Origin: Prochlorococcus sp. AG-355-B18
GTDB lineage: Bacteria; Cyanobacteriota; Cyanobacteriia; PCC-6307; Cyanobiaceae
Assembly (NCBI GenBank): GCA_003280965.1
Contig: QCDI01000010.1
Span: 13,581 to 77,580, forward strand
DNA: 64,000 bases
Direction of reading: 5' to 3'
The first letter of the stretch is position 1; each line of letters opens with the position of its first letter. A program made the position numbers and the translations under genes. The notes beneath the pieces were generated by a model. That model ran no database searches. It saw only the letters and a program-made list of their open reading frames with translations, and had not been told where the DNA came from. This document shows positions 10,140 through 17,846 of this stretch, in pieces.

Positions 10140-10427
10140 TTAAGATTTGCGAATAAGTCTGTTTGCGAAATAGTTTATCTTTACTTTATCTTCAATTTTT
10201 CTTGAACTGCTTTTTGATTTGAGTTTATTTTTATTTAGATTAACTATTTCATCTGATACATTTTTACCAGTTTCAAAATAACTTTTAATTTTTTCTAATT
10301 CTTCTTTATTTAATCTTTTTGTTGCACCTTTTGCATTAATTCCAAGTTTCTTACAGGCTAATAATATTCTATTACTCTCGACATTTAGATCTTTAGCAAT
10401 AGTGAAAATTGGAGTATTGGGAGACAT
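10140..10427 (-). CDS. Stand-alone translation initiation factor IF-2 N-terminal-like domain protein
   Basis: IFTIAKDLNVESNRILLACKKLGINAK...RL matches the IF2_N helix-turn-helix pattern. Confidence 0.7.
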   Translation of the reverse strand: MSPNTPIFTIAKDLNVESNRILLACKKLGINAKGATKRLNKEELEKIKSYFETGKNVSDEIVNLNKNKLKSKSSSRKIEDKVKINYFANRLIRKS

Positions 10428-10521
10428 TATTTTCTTTTCTATGGAATTTATTATTAATAGTATATTTATAAATTAATAATTAAATGCATTTTTAACTATT
10501 ATTAATTTCTAAAATTTTAGA

Positions 10522-11841
10522 TTAAGCAACTTGATCTTCAAAATTATTTAAATCATCAAACTTTTTTTTCATAGTGGGGTTATTTTTAGTTAATTTCTTT
10601 ACCGTTAAGTCTTGAGATTTGCTGTCAGCAGATAATAGGTGTTTTTTTGAGAGAATTAAAGCCTCTTTAGTTTTCTGTAAATGGCTTATTGATTTATCTA
10701 TTTCTGTAATTGCATCATTAAATCTATCTTGGGCTAGTGATACATTCTTACCAACTGCATTCTTAAATTGCTCTAGGGTACTTTCAAAATTTGTTATGTC
10801 GTAGTTCTCCCGTTTCATCAAATCAATTTGTGATTTGTATTTTAGAGTTTCCATAGAGGCATTTCTTAGTAGAGAAATAATTGGCAAAAAGAATTGTGGT
10901 CTAATAACATACATCTTTGGAAATCTATGAGAGACATCTACAATCCCAGCATTATATAATTCACTATCTGGTTCTAGAAGAGATACGAGTACTGCATATT
11001 CACAAGATTTTTGTCTTCTATCTTTATCCAATTCTTTTAAAAAGTCTTCGTTTTTCTTTTTATTAGTTCCACCTAAAGATTCATTTTTCATCTCAAACAT
11101 TATTGATACGATTTCAACTTTATTATTATCAAATTCTCGAAATATATAGTCTCCTTTACTTCCCAAGGTGGCATCATTGTCCTTTTCAAAATATGAGTTT
11201 TTAAATGCTGTGGCGCGATTAAGATTGAATTGAGTTTCGCAATGGATTTCTAAGGTTTCGCCTACCATTTTTGTAGACAATCTAGATTTCATTTCTCTTA
11301 ACTCTTGAATAGTTAAGTCTCTTTCACTAATTTTGCTTTTAAATTTTTCTTCAATTAATTTTTCATTAATTGAGTTTTCAAGTCTAATTTTTTCTATAGA
11401 ATTTGTTAGCGATGAGTTTTCTTTTTCTAAATTAGCAACAGCTTCATTGACTTTATTTTTTAAAGATAATTCTGAAATTAAAGACTGATTTTTAATTTCA
11501 GCCTTTAAATTTTCTAGTTCATTGTTAAGAGAATTAATTTTATATGTTGCTTGATTTTTTAAATCATTTAGGGCACTTGTTTTCTTCTCTTCAGCGATAT
11601 TTAATTTAGATTCAAGAACTTTAATCTCATTCTCTTTAATGCGGTTTTGCTCTATTAACTTTATTTCCAATTCACGCTTTAAAATTTCTAAAGATTTTTT
11701 ATTATCTTCTTCCGCCAATATTAGTCTTTCTTTTATTTGTTTATTAAATTCTTCATCTTTTATTTGAAGAAGTATTTCTTCAAAACTGCTGGGATCAATT
11801 CTGAAAGTTTTTCCGCATGAGGGACATTTAATATCTTTCAT
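10522..11841 (-). CDS. DUF2130-family coiled-coil protein
   Basis: N-terminal IKCPSCG, long coiled coil, then STKMVGETLE, KGDYIF, IMFEMKNE and YAVLVSLLE. Confidence 0.85.
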   Translation of the reverse strand: MKDIKCPSCGKTFRIDPSSFEEILLQIKDEEFNKQIKERLILAEEDNKKSLEILKRELEIKLIEQNRIKENEIKVLESKLNIAEEKKTSALNDLKNQATYKINSLNNELENLKAEIKNQSLISELSLKNKVNEAVANLEKENSSLTNSIEKIRLENSINEKLIEEKFKSKISERDLTIQELREMKSRLSTKMVGETLEIHCETQFNLNRATAFKNSYFEKDNDATLGSKGDYIFREFDNNKVEIVSIMFEMKNESLGGTNKKKNEDFLKELDKDRRQKSCEYAVLVSLLEPDSELYNAGIVDVSHRFPKMYVIRPQFFLPIISLLRNASMETLKYKSQIDLMKRENYDITNFESTLEQFKNAVGKNVSLAQDRFNDAITEIDKSISHLQKTKEALILSKKHLLSADSKSQDLTVKKLTKNNPTMKKKFDDLNNFEDQVA

Positions 11842-11971
11842 TTTTAATTACAAAATTATTCTTAGAAAGGATTTAATATTCGAGTTATGTAAAAAGAATA
11901 TTATTCTTGACTAAGAATAAACAATGATTCATTGTTATGCATTAAAAAATAAAATAAATATTGAATGTAAG

Positions 11972-12340
11972 TTATATTAATCCAGATTCTTTAAGAATAT
12001 TTATTTTATTTGCTAATTCTATATCGGCAGAAGATATTGATCGATCTAAGGTTTTATGAGAAGAAACTGTGTAACCACTATCATCAACAAATTCGTCTTC
12101 TGCATCTTTTAATTGCACATTATCATTTTGAAGATCTCTGAAATTATCAGATTTGTATATATTTGATTTATTAATATTGCTATATCCAAAATTTGCAATT
12201 CCTCTGGCATCTAACGCTTCTTCAACTAATATTCCAACAACTTTAGATCGACTTATAGATTCGCTTTTAGATATTTCATCAATAATTTCAAGTACTCTTT
12301 TTCTAGGTAGATATCCTATCCTTTTTACTTTATTTTCCAT
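11972..12340 (-). CDS. Ribbon-helix-helix (CopG-like) regulator-like protein
   Basis: N-terminal beta strand KRIGYLP, then helices and ISRSKVVGILVEEAL. Confidence 0.7.
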   Translation of the reverse strand: MENKVKRIGYLPRKRVLEIIDEISKSESISRSKVVGILVEEALDARGIANFGYSNINKSNIYKSDNFRDLQNDNVQLKDAEDEFVDDSGYTVSSHKTLDRSISSADIELANKINILKESGLI

Positions 12341-12435
12341 AAAAATTTATATATGTCGTTATTGTAACACTTCTGTCAAATATGTTCAGACTTTTATTGA
12401 TAGTACATATTGTAAAGTTAAGTAATAAAAGAAAG

Positions 12436-12441
12436 TATAAT
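12436..12441 (+). promoter_or_regulatory. Perfect -10 box upstream of a structured leader and the 67-aa ORF
   Basis: TATAAT in the intergenic region. Such hexamers are common in AT-rich DNA. Confidence 0.4.
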
Positions 12442-12561
12442 TCTAAGGTACATTCATAGAAAGTTTTGTCTTGATTAGTCTCAGGGTATTTTATATATTT
12501 CTCTAATAACTCTAGATTAGGTCAAGATTTTAAAATCTTTCTTATTTAAATTCTAAATCTT

Positions 12562-12765
12562 ATGAGTAATAAACTCTATGACAATGCTGATAGTTTTGCA
12601 ATGTCATTTGACGAAGAATGGAAGAATATTGATTGTGAGGATCTACAATTAAAGATAGATAAAGTGTTTGAACTTTTATCTGACCATCCTTTTCTAGTTT
12701 CTAATCCAGAAAATGCTAGAAATATGGCTGAATTTAGGATATTTTCATTAAAAAAATTTAAATAG
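12562..12765 (+). CDS. Hypothetical protein (67 aa)
   Basis: Non-overlapping ORF with protein-like composition. Confidence 0.75.
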   Translation: MSNKLYDNADSFAMSFDEEWKNIDCEDLQLKIDKVFELLSDHPFLVSNPENARNMAEFRIFSLKKFK

Positions 12766-12828
12766 TTATTTTTATTTTTTTATTGAAAGTAATTATTTAG
12801 GTTTAATTTAATATTCAAAACTCAAGAT

Positions 12829-13002
12829 TTACATATTTGGAGAATTAAAAAAACCCTTGCTATATAAAAATATTGTTATACCTATGATTGGACCTATTCC
12901 AAAAATAAAAAGAACTAATTTTGCAGAATTTTTTGTTTGACCCAATTCTTGATTTTTTTTATTCGACTTAGATTGTAATTTTTTAGGCTTTTTGTTTTTC
13001 AT
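12829..13002 (-). CDS. 57-aa membrane microprotein (basic N-terminus, C-terminal TM helix)
   Basis: Hand-translated MKNKKPKKLQSKSNKKNQELGQTKNSAKLVLFIFGIGPIIGITIFLYSKGFFNSPNM; not in the track. Confidence 0.65.
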   Translation of the reverse strand: MKNKKPKKLQSKSNKKNQELGQTKNSAKLVLFIFGIGPIIGITIFLYSKGFFNSPNM

Positions 13003-13140
13003 GAGTGATATATTACTACATTGAAACTTAAAAAAAAAATTTTTTGGTGTGTTTTAAATCTTTATATTTTCTGATTTCGTCAAATTTACTAAGGGATCAT
13101 AAATCACAATAATGTATAATTAAAATATATAAAAGCCAAT

Positions 13141-13347
13141 ATGAGTGCAAGTAAGAGAGAAGAAGTAAGTTCTCACCTTAGATATATAAGGTTAGAGCTT
13201 AGAGAGATGCATCAAATGCTTATCAAGGATGATTTGTTGCCAGATCTTAGTGAAGCAAAGGAAGTACATGCACAACTAGATGCATTATTAGATTTGTTGT
13301 CAGACAAAAGAGTAAAAAATATTAAAGGTCAACTAGGAAAATTTTAA
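13141..13347 (+). CDS. 68-aa helical-hairpin hypothetical protein (paralogue of 14585-14761)
   Basis: Track ORF; TATAAT at 13115-13120; aligns without gaps to the 14585-14761 product. Confidence 0.85.
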   Translation: MSASKREEVSSHLRYIRLELREMHQMLIKDDLLPDLSEAKEVHAQLDALLDLLSDKRVKNIKGQLGKF

Positions 13348-13361
13348 ATCTTTTGAATAAA

Positions 13362-13556
13362 TCATAAGTAATTAGTAGCTGATTCTATTTTTTTTCTATT
13401 GTCATGCATCTGCTCTAATTTATTGTAAATTTCTTTAATTTGAATTTGTAGTAGATCAGTTGAATTAATATTGCTTAATGCTTCCATTGCTGATAGGAGA
13501 CTTTCCTTTGCTTCAATCAAATGTCTACATTCCTTGCTGCCTGCTTCGTATGACAT
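13362..13556 (-). CDS. 64-aa helical hypothetical protein
   Basis: Probable start is the ATG at 13556 (MSYEAGSKECRHL...); amphipathic helices. Confidence 0.75.
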   Translation of the reverse strand: MSYEAGSKECRHLIEAKESLLSAMEALSNINSTDLLQIQIKEIYNKLEQMHDNRKKIESATNYL

Positions 13557-13603
13557 AGTTATTAAGAAAATTTTATTATCACAAATATACAAAAAATTGT
13601 TCC

Positions 13604-13617
13604 GTATTGCTTGATAC
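13604..13617. promoter_or_regulatory. NtcA-type palindrome GTA-N8-TAC
   Basis: GTAttgcttgaTAC between divergent small genes; could arise by chance. Confidence 0.35.
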
Positions 13618-13697
13618 TCTTACCAAAGGAAAGCTTATTAATGTGACTTCTAATACAGAATAGGCGATTATTTTTATTACAATTTAAAAAAAAACTT

Positions 13698-13880
13698 GTG
13701 CAAGAAAATTCTAAAGATTACGAATTCTGTATTAAATTAGCTCTAGATAACGCCAAAAAAAGAATTTCTAAATTAGATAATCCTGATAAAAAGTGTGTAT
13801 TAGAAGAATATAAGGAATGGATTAAGGATGGCTTTAGTAATCATACAGTTTTACTACTTAGAGAAGACCCAATTATCTAA
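13698..13880 (+). CDS. Hypothetical protein (60 aa)
   Basis: Track ORF with GTG start, non-overlapping. Confidence 0.6.
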   Translation: MQENSKDYEFCIKLALDNAKKRISKLDNPDKKCVLEEYKEWIKDGFSNHTVLLLREDPII

Positions 13881-13899
13881 AATAATATAAGAACTATTT

Positions 13900-13995
13900 T
13901 TAATTATCTCCTTTAGAAGTAACCTTATATAAAAAGAAAAGGCTTAAAATAAATGTAATTATTAGGATAAGAGTTAGAAAAGAAATATCATACAT
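13900..13995 (-). CDS. Possible 31-aa single-TM microprotein
   Basis: Hand-translated MYDISFLTLILIITFILSLFFLYKVTSKGDN. Hydrophobicity could be a by-product of T-rich DNA. Confidence 0.4.
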   Translation of the reverse strand: MYDISFLTLILIITFILSLFFLYKVTSKGDN

Positions 13996-14053
13996 TGTTA
14001 TATCTACATATCTATTTTTACTATACCGGGGTTGATTATATTTTCAAAGGAAT

Positions 14054-14182
14054 TCACTCTTCTTTAAGAATTGAAGAAATAAATTCTTTAAAATTTTCTT
14101 TTTCTAAAAAGATTTCTTTAGCCTTGTAGTTTATTAGTTTCTTAAATATCAAATCTATTAAATATTCTGCTTTTGGATTCAT
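14054..14182 (-). CDS. Possible 42-aa hypothetical protein
   Basis: Hand-translated MNPKAEYLIDLIFKKLINYKAKEIFLEKENFKEFISSILKEE; ATG lies 4 nt after the lipoprotein stop. Confidence 0.5.
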   Translation of the reverse strand: MNPKAEYLIDLIFKKLINYKAKEIFLEKENFKEFISSILKEE

Positions 14183-14186
14183 AATC

Positions 14187-14543
14187 TTATAATTGTTTTT
14201 CTATTAGATAAATTTTCACTTCACCAATTTTGTCTGGTTTAGTTATTTTACATCCTTTATCTTTTTCCATATCACAATCTTTTGTTGCAGGAATAGATTT
14301 CCAAGTGCAAATTTTTTCTTGAGAATCTTCTTTTAAGATAATCCAACCATCATCTAAGTAGTCTGAAATCCCATCGTCTCCACAGGAAAACTTTATTTCC
14401 ATTGTTTTCTTCTCTGCATCAGTATTTGAATTAATATTATCTTCTGAATTAATTATTGGAGAGTTTTTGTTTAATGAGGGTTTACAGGAACTTAAGAAAA
14501 TTACAATTAAAAATATTTGTGATAATTTCTTTATTATTTTCAT
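14187..14543 (-). CDS. Cys-rich lipoprotein
   Basis: Lipobox-like FLSSC after a basic/hydrophobic leader, plus four further Cys. Confidence 0.8.
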   Translation of the reverse strand: MKIIKKLSQIFLIVIFLSSCKPSLNKNSPIINSEDNINSNTDAEKKTMEIKFSCGDDGISDYLDDGWIILKEDSQEKICTWKSIPATKDCDMEKDKGCKITKPDKIGEVKIYLIEKQL

Positions 14544-14584
14544 TTTTCTATCGTTTGATGATTCTTAGTTGATTAAATTATAGT

Positions 14585-14761
14585 TTATTTCGATTCTATT
14601 AATTTAAGTAGTTGATCCATTTTATTCATTAATATTTTTACTTCATCTGGATGGGGTAATATTAATTCTTCAGTAACTGATAAATGCATTTTTTTTAAGT
14701 TTTGTCTTAAATCTTTTAAATGCATTTTTACATTTTCTTTTTTTTGTTTTATATCAGCCAT
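14585..14761 (-). CDS. 58-aa helical-hairpin protein, paralogue of 13141-13347
   Basis: Hand-translated MADIKQKKENVKMHLKDLRQNLKKMHLSVTEELILPHPDEVKILMNKMDQLLKLIESK. Minus-strand TATAAT at 14804-14799. 18/52 gapless identity to the 13141 product. Confidence 0.8.
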   Translation of the reverse strand: MADIKQKKENVKMHLKDLRQNLKKMHLSVTEELILPHPDEVKILMNKMDQLLKLIESK

Positions 14762-14839
14762 AGGATTAAAACATAAATTTAATCAACTTAAAGTAACTAT
14801 TATAGTAGCTTGTTGGTTATTAATAGAAAATGAAAAATA

Positions 14840-15277
14840 TTAATTTTTTAAATTTTTAATTTCATAAATTTCTTCACCACCATAACAAAAATTTGTTGAT
14901 AACATTTTTAACTCCTGCTTATTAATTCCAGTTACATTTTTATTTTTTATAATATAGTTTTTAGCAATTGCTTCACAATCTAATTTACTTTTTGCATGTT
15001 TTATAACTGGATAAAAATATGCCAATGTAGTTATTGTAAAAAGAAATGTTAGCAATACTTTTTTATCATTTTTGATTAATTCTTTGGATTTCTTTTTAGC
15101 ATTTAATATTTTTATTAAGAATTTATCTGGCAATCCTATTTGAACAAATAAAAGCTCTACCCACCATGGAAGATTTTTATCTTTCTTCTTATTTGAGTTT
15201 GGGGATGTATTCATTTTTTTAGCTTCAAAATTTTGATTTCTAAATTCTTTAGGATTAATTTTTTCTTTTTTATTCAT
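14840..15277 (-). CDS. Hypothetical membrane protein
   Basis: LPWWVELLFVQIGLPD motif, one TM segment and a C-terminal Cys pair. Confidence 0.75.
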   Translation of the reverse strand: MNKKEKINPKEFRNQNFEAKKMNTSPNSNKKKDKNLPWWVELLFVQIGLPDKFLIKILNAKKKSKELIKNDKKVLLTFLFTITTLAYFYPVIKHAKSKLDCEAIAKNYIIKNKNVTGINKQELKMLSTNFCYGGEEIYEIKNLKN

Positions 15278-15410
15278 ATCATCGAAGAATTTATTTGGAA
15301 TATAGAGGTTTTATTTTGATTTGGAAACTATATTTTTATTTTATAAGTTTTAATTTAATTTACCTATGAATTTGAGTATTGTAAATTTGTATTTAAAACA
15401 AAATTTATAA

Positions 15411-15680
15411 ATGGCAAAAAAAAGAAGAAAGTTAAATAAGGAATTCGAGAAGAAAATATATTCATCAAAAAAAAATGTAGAATTAGTTCTGGCCAAAATT
15501 TATGATATCGATGATGAAGATATTCAAAAGGAATATATGAGTGCTTTTAATGAAGTTGTTTACTTATATGATGAACTAAAAGAAAATTATCAACAAAAAG
15601 GATTTGATGATGATTCAGAAGATCTTCTAGTAAATTATAAAAATGCATTTAATATTTTCGAATCAGAATTTGAAATTTAA
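15411..15680 (+). CDS. Hypothetical protein (basic N-terminus, acidic helical body)
   Basis: 89-aa track ORF. Confidence 0.75.
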   Translation: MAKKRRKLNKEFEKKIYSSKKNVELVLAKIYDIDDEDIQKEYMSAFNEVVYLYDELKENYQQKGFDDDSEDLLVNYKNAFNIFESEFEI

Positions 15681-15687
15681 ATTCTGA

Positions 15688-15894
15688 TTACCTTTTATAA
15701 GGTAATACAGGTATTTCAATTGCATTCCCTTTTTGGAGATTAGATCTTTTCTCTTCCAAAAACTTTATACATGTTGATTTTCTTTTCTCATTTTTACAAA
15801 TCTTTTTTATCTGATAATCAGTAAGTGAAAATGATTTCTCTCCGAATATAAATAAAACAAATATGGTGAAGCATAAATTTAATGCTAATTTCAT
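15688..15894 (-). CDS. Small exported hypothetical protein
   Basis: Signal-peptide-like N-terminus, Cys pair, C-terminal IEIPVLPY. Confidence 0.65.
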   Translation of the reverse strand: MKLALNLCFTIFVLFIFGEKSFSLTDYQIKKICKNEKRKSTCIKFLEEKRSNLQKGNAIEIPVLPYKR

Positions 15895-15932
15895 TGATTG
15901 TCTAATAAAAATTTTAACTCTCCTTTATTAAA

Positions 15933-16211
15933 CTACTTTTTACTATATATATCTATAATCTGTTTTAATTCATCTTTGCCTAAGTCTGTTGAAATAAAAA
16001 CTTCTTGGGCAGTTTTTCCTTTTCTTGCGATTGCTTTATATCCGTTTATAGTTTTTACCGATAATCTTATTATCAATTTAGAAGATTTCCCCCTTGCTCT
16101 TGATATTACTGCTGGGGTAATTGTTTTGATATTTGTGTTAAGAGCTAATTTTTGGAGGATTGGTATTAGACCCTCTATATTCGTACTATGATTTATTACT
16201 AACCTGCCCAA
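15933..16211 (-). CDS. DUF2103-family protein
   Basis: GRLVINHSTNIEGLIPIL...ARKGKTAQEVF pattern. Confidence 0.8.
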   Translation of the reverse strand: MGRLVINHSTNIEGLIPILQKLALNTNIKTITPAVISRARGKSSKLIIRLSVKTINGYKAIARKGKTAQEVFISTDLGKDELKQIIDIYSKK

Positions 16212-16324
16212 TTTTTTTTTCCTATTCTATTTACAAAATTTAGTTTTCGGGAAATTAAATTTAACTTAGATAATGGAAAAAAATTTTGAAGTTCTGTTAT
16301 ATTAATACTAGTGATTTAAATCTA

Positions 16325-16426
16325 ATGATTTTTCAAATTGGATGGGCTGCATTAGCTGCTATTTTTACTTTTTCAATTGCAATGGTCGTATGGGGTCGCA
16401 ATGGTGATGGCTCTATTGACATATGA
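16325..16426 (+). CDS. petN: Cytochrome b6f subunit PetN
   Basis: Hand-translated [33 protein letters not shown], with the PetN signature GWAAL...[14 protein letters not shown]. Confidence 0.95.
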
Positions 16427-16563
16427 TTTCAATTCCAACTTATGAGTTATATTTAAGCAAATTTCTTATTATTACATCATTCGTTTTACTGATTTTCATA
16501 ACATTCGCTGTAATTTATATTTCTTATATTTCTTGGAAAGATAAAAAAAGATTGAAGAAATAA
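16423..16563 (+). CDS. 46-aa single-TM protein translationally coupled to petN
   Basis: ATGA overlap with the petN stop; [46 protein letters not shown]. Confidence 0.7.
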
Positions 16564-16566
16564 CTA

Positions 16567-17178
16567 CTATTGTTTTTTATCTTTTTTCTTATCCTTTATT
16601 TTTAGTTCTTCAATTAATTCTTTTGCCTGTTCCATTTTGGATATAGTACTCTTGTAAATTCCTATGTCTTTTTCTGCTTTATTAGTGGATAAGTTTAGCT
16701 TCTCAAAAATATCAGAGATTATTTTATTTGTCTCTGATTCATTTCCTCCTTTGAAATCTGGAGAGTTTGAAATTATTTTATACATTCCTAAGTTCAAAAT
16801 TCTTGAAGGGTAAAGTTTGGAATTGCCTTTTTCTTTTAATATTTTCAATATATCATTAGAGGATTTATCCTTAAATTCCTTTTGAGATTTTTGAGAGATC
16901 AGCTTGATTTCCTTCGCTTCAAAATTTGTAGAACTGCATAAAGATTCAAAAAGAAGATCCAAATGTTTTTCAGGTTTGTATCCTTTCATTAATTCTTTAA
17001 ATGTTTCTGTAAGACCAACACAAAATAGATTATCTTGGGTAAATTCATTTTGATGATTTAAAAGATTAAGTTCGACAAGCATTTCATCAACTATTCTTTT
17101 ATATAAACCTGGAATAACGTAAGGGAATTGCTCATAAAATAACTTTTTGCTATCTGAAACAGTCAATTTTTCTTTCAA
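16567..17178 (-). CDS. psb29: Psb29/Thf1 photosystem II biogenesis protein
   Basis: TVSDSKKLFY...IPGLYKRIVDEMLVELNLL. Likely TTG start at 17178 (the track extends to 17223). Confidence 0.9.
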   Translation of the reverse strand: MKEKLTVSDSKKLFYEQFPYVIPGLYKRIVDEMLVELNLLNHQNEFTQDNLFCVGLTETFKELMKGYKPEKHLDLLFESLCSSTNFEAKEIKLISQKSQKEFKDKSSNDILKILKEKGNSKLYPSRILNLGMYKIISNSPDFKGGNESETNKIISDIFEKLNLSTNKAEKDIGIYKSTISKMEQAKELIEELKIKDKKKDKKQ

Positions 17179-17258
17179 TTTTTTATATGTAAACCTTAAT
17201 AAGGTTAGCGTATGTTGACTCAATATCGTTAATATCTAATAAACAGATAAATATTATT

Positions 17259-17846
17259 ATGATCCCTTTAGTTTTAGAAGAGTCTGGCGGTAGTGAAAGA
17301 GTCTTTGATATTTATTCAAGATTATTGAGAGAGAGAATAATCTTTTTGGGAGAACAAGTTACTAGTGAAACTGCTAATAGAATTGTTGCTCAATTATTAT
17401 TCCTCGAAGCAGAAGATCCTGAGAAGGATATCTACATGTACATTAATTCGCCAGGTGGATCTGTCTATGATGGCCTAGGAATTTTTGACACAATGCAGCA
17501 TGTAAAGCCTGATATTCATACGGTATGTGTAGGTTTAGCTGCTAGTATGGGCGCTTTTTTGTTGGCTGCAGGTACTAAAGGTAAAAGAAGCAGCCTTAGA
17601 CATTCAAGAATAATGATTCATCAACCATTAGGAGGTGCTAGAGGGCAAGCCAGTGATATAAGGATTCAAGCTGATGAAATTTTGTTTTTAAAAGAACGGC
17701 TTAATACCGAACTATCAGAGAGAACTGGAAAGGATTATGAAACTATTAAAGAAGATACAGATAGGGATTTTTATATGTCTCCAAAAGAGGCTGTTGATTA
17801 TGGATTAATAGATTTAGTTTTAGATAAGAAACCAGTCAAATCTTAA
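17259..17846 (+). CDS. clpP: ATP-dependent Clp protease proteolytic subunit
   Basis: [18 protein letters not shown] and IMIHQP motifs. Confidence 0.97.
   Translation: MIPLVLEESGGSERVFDIYSRLLRERIIFLGEQVTSETANRIVAQLLFLEAEDPEKDIYMYINSPGGSVYDGLGIFDTMQHVKPDIHTVCVGLAASMGAFLLAAGTKGKRSSLRHSRIMIHQPLGGARGQASDIRIQADEILFLKERLNTELSERTGKDYETIKEDTDRDFYMSPKEAVDYGLIDLVLDKKPVKS

Noticed and set aside
9639..16211. Prophage or integrative element as the origin of the small-gene island
   Set aside because: No integrase, transposase, tRNA att site, phage structural gene or flanking direct repeat was seen.
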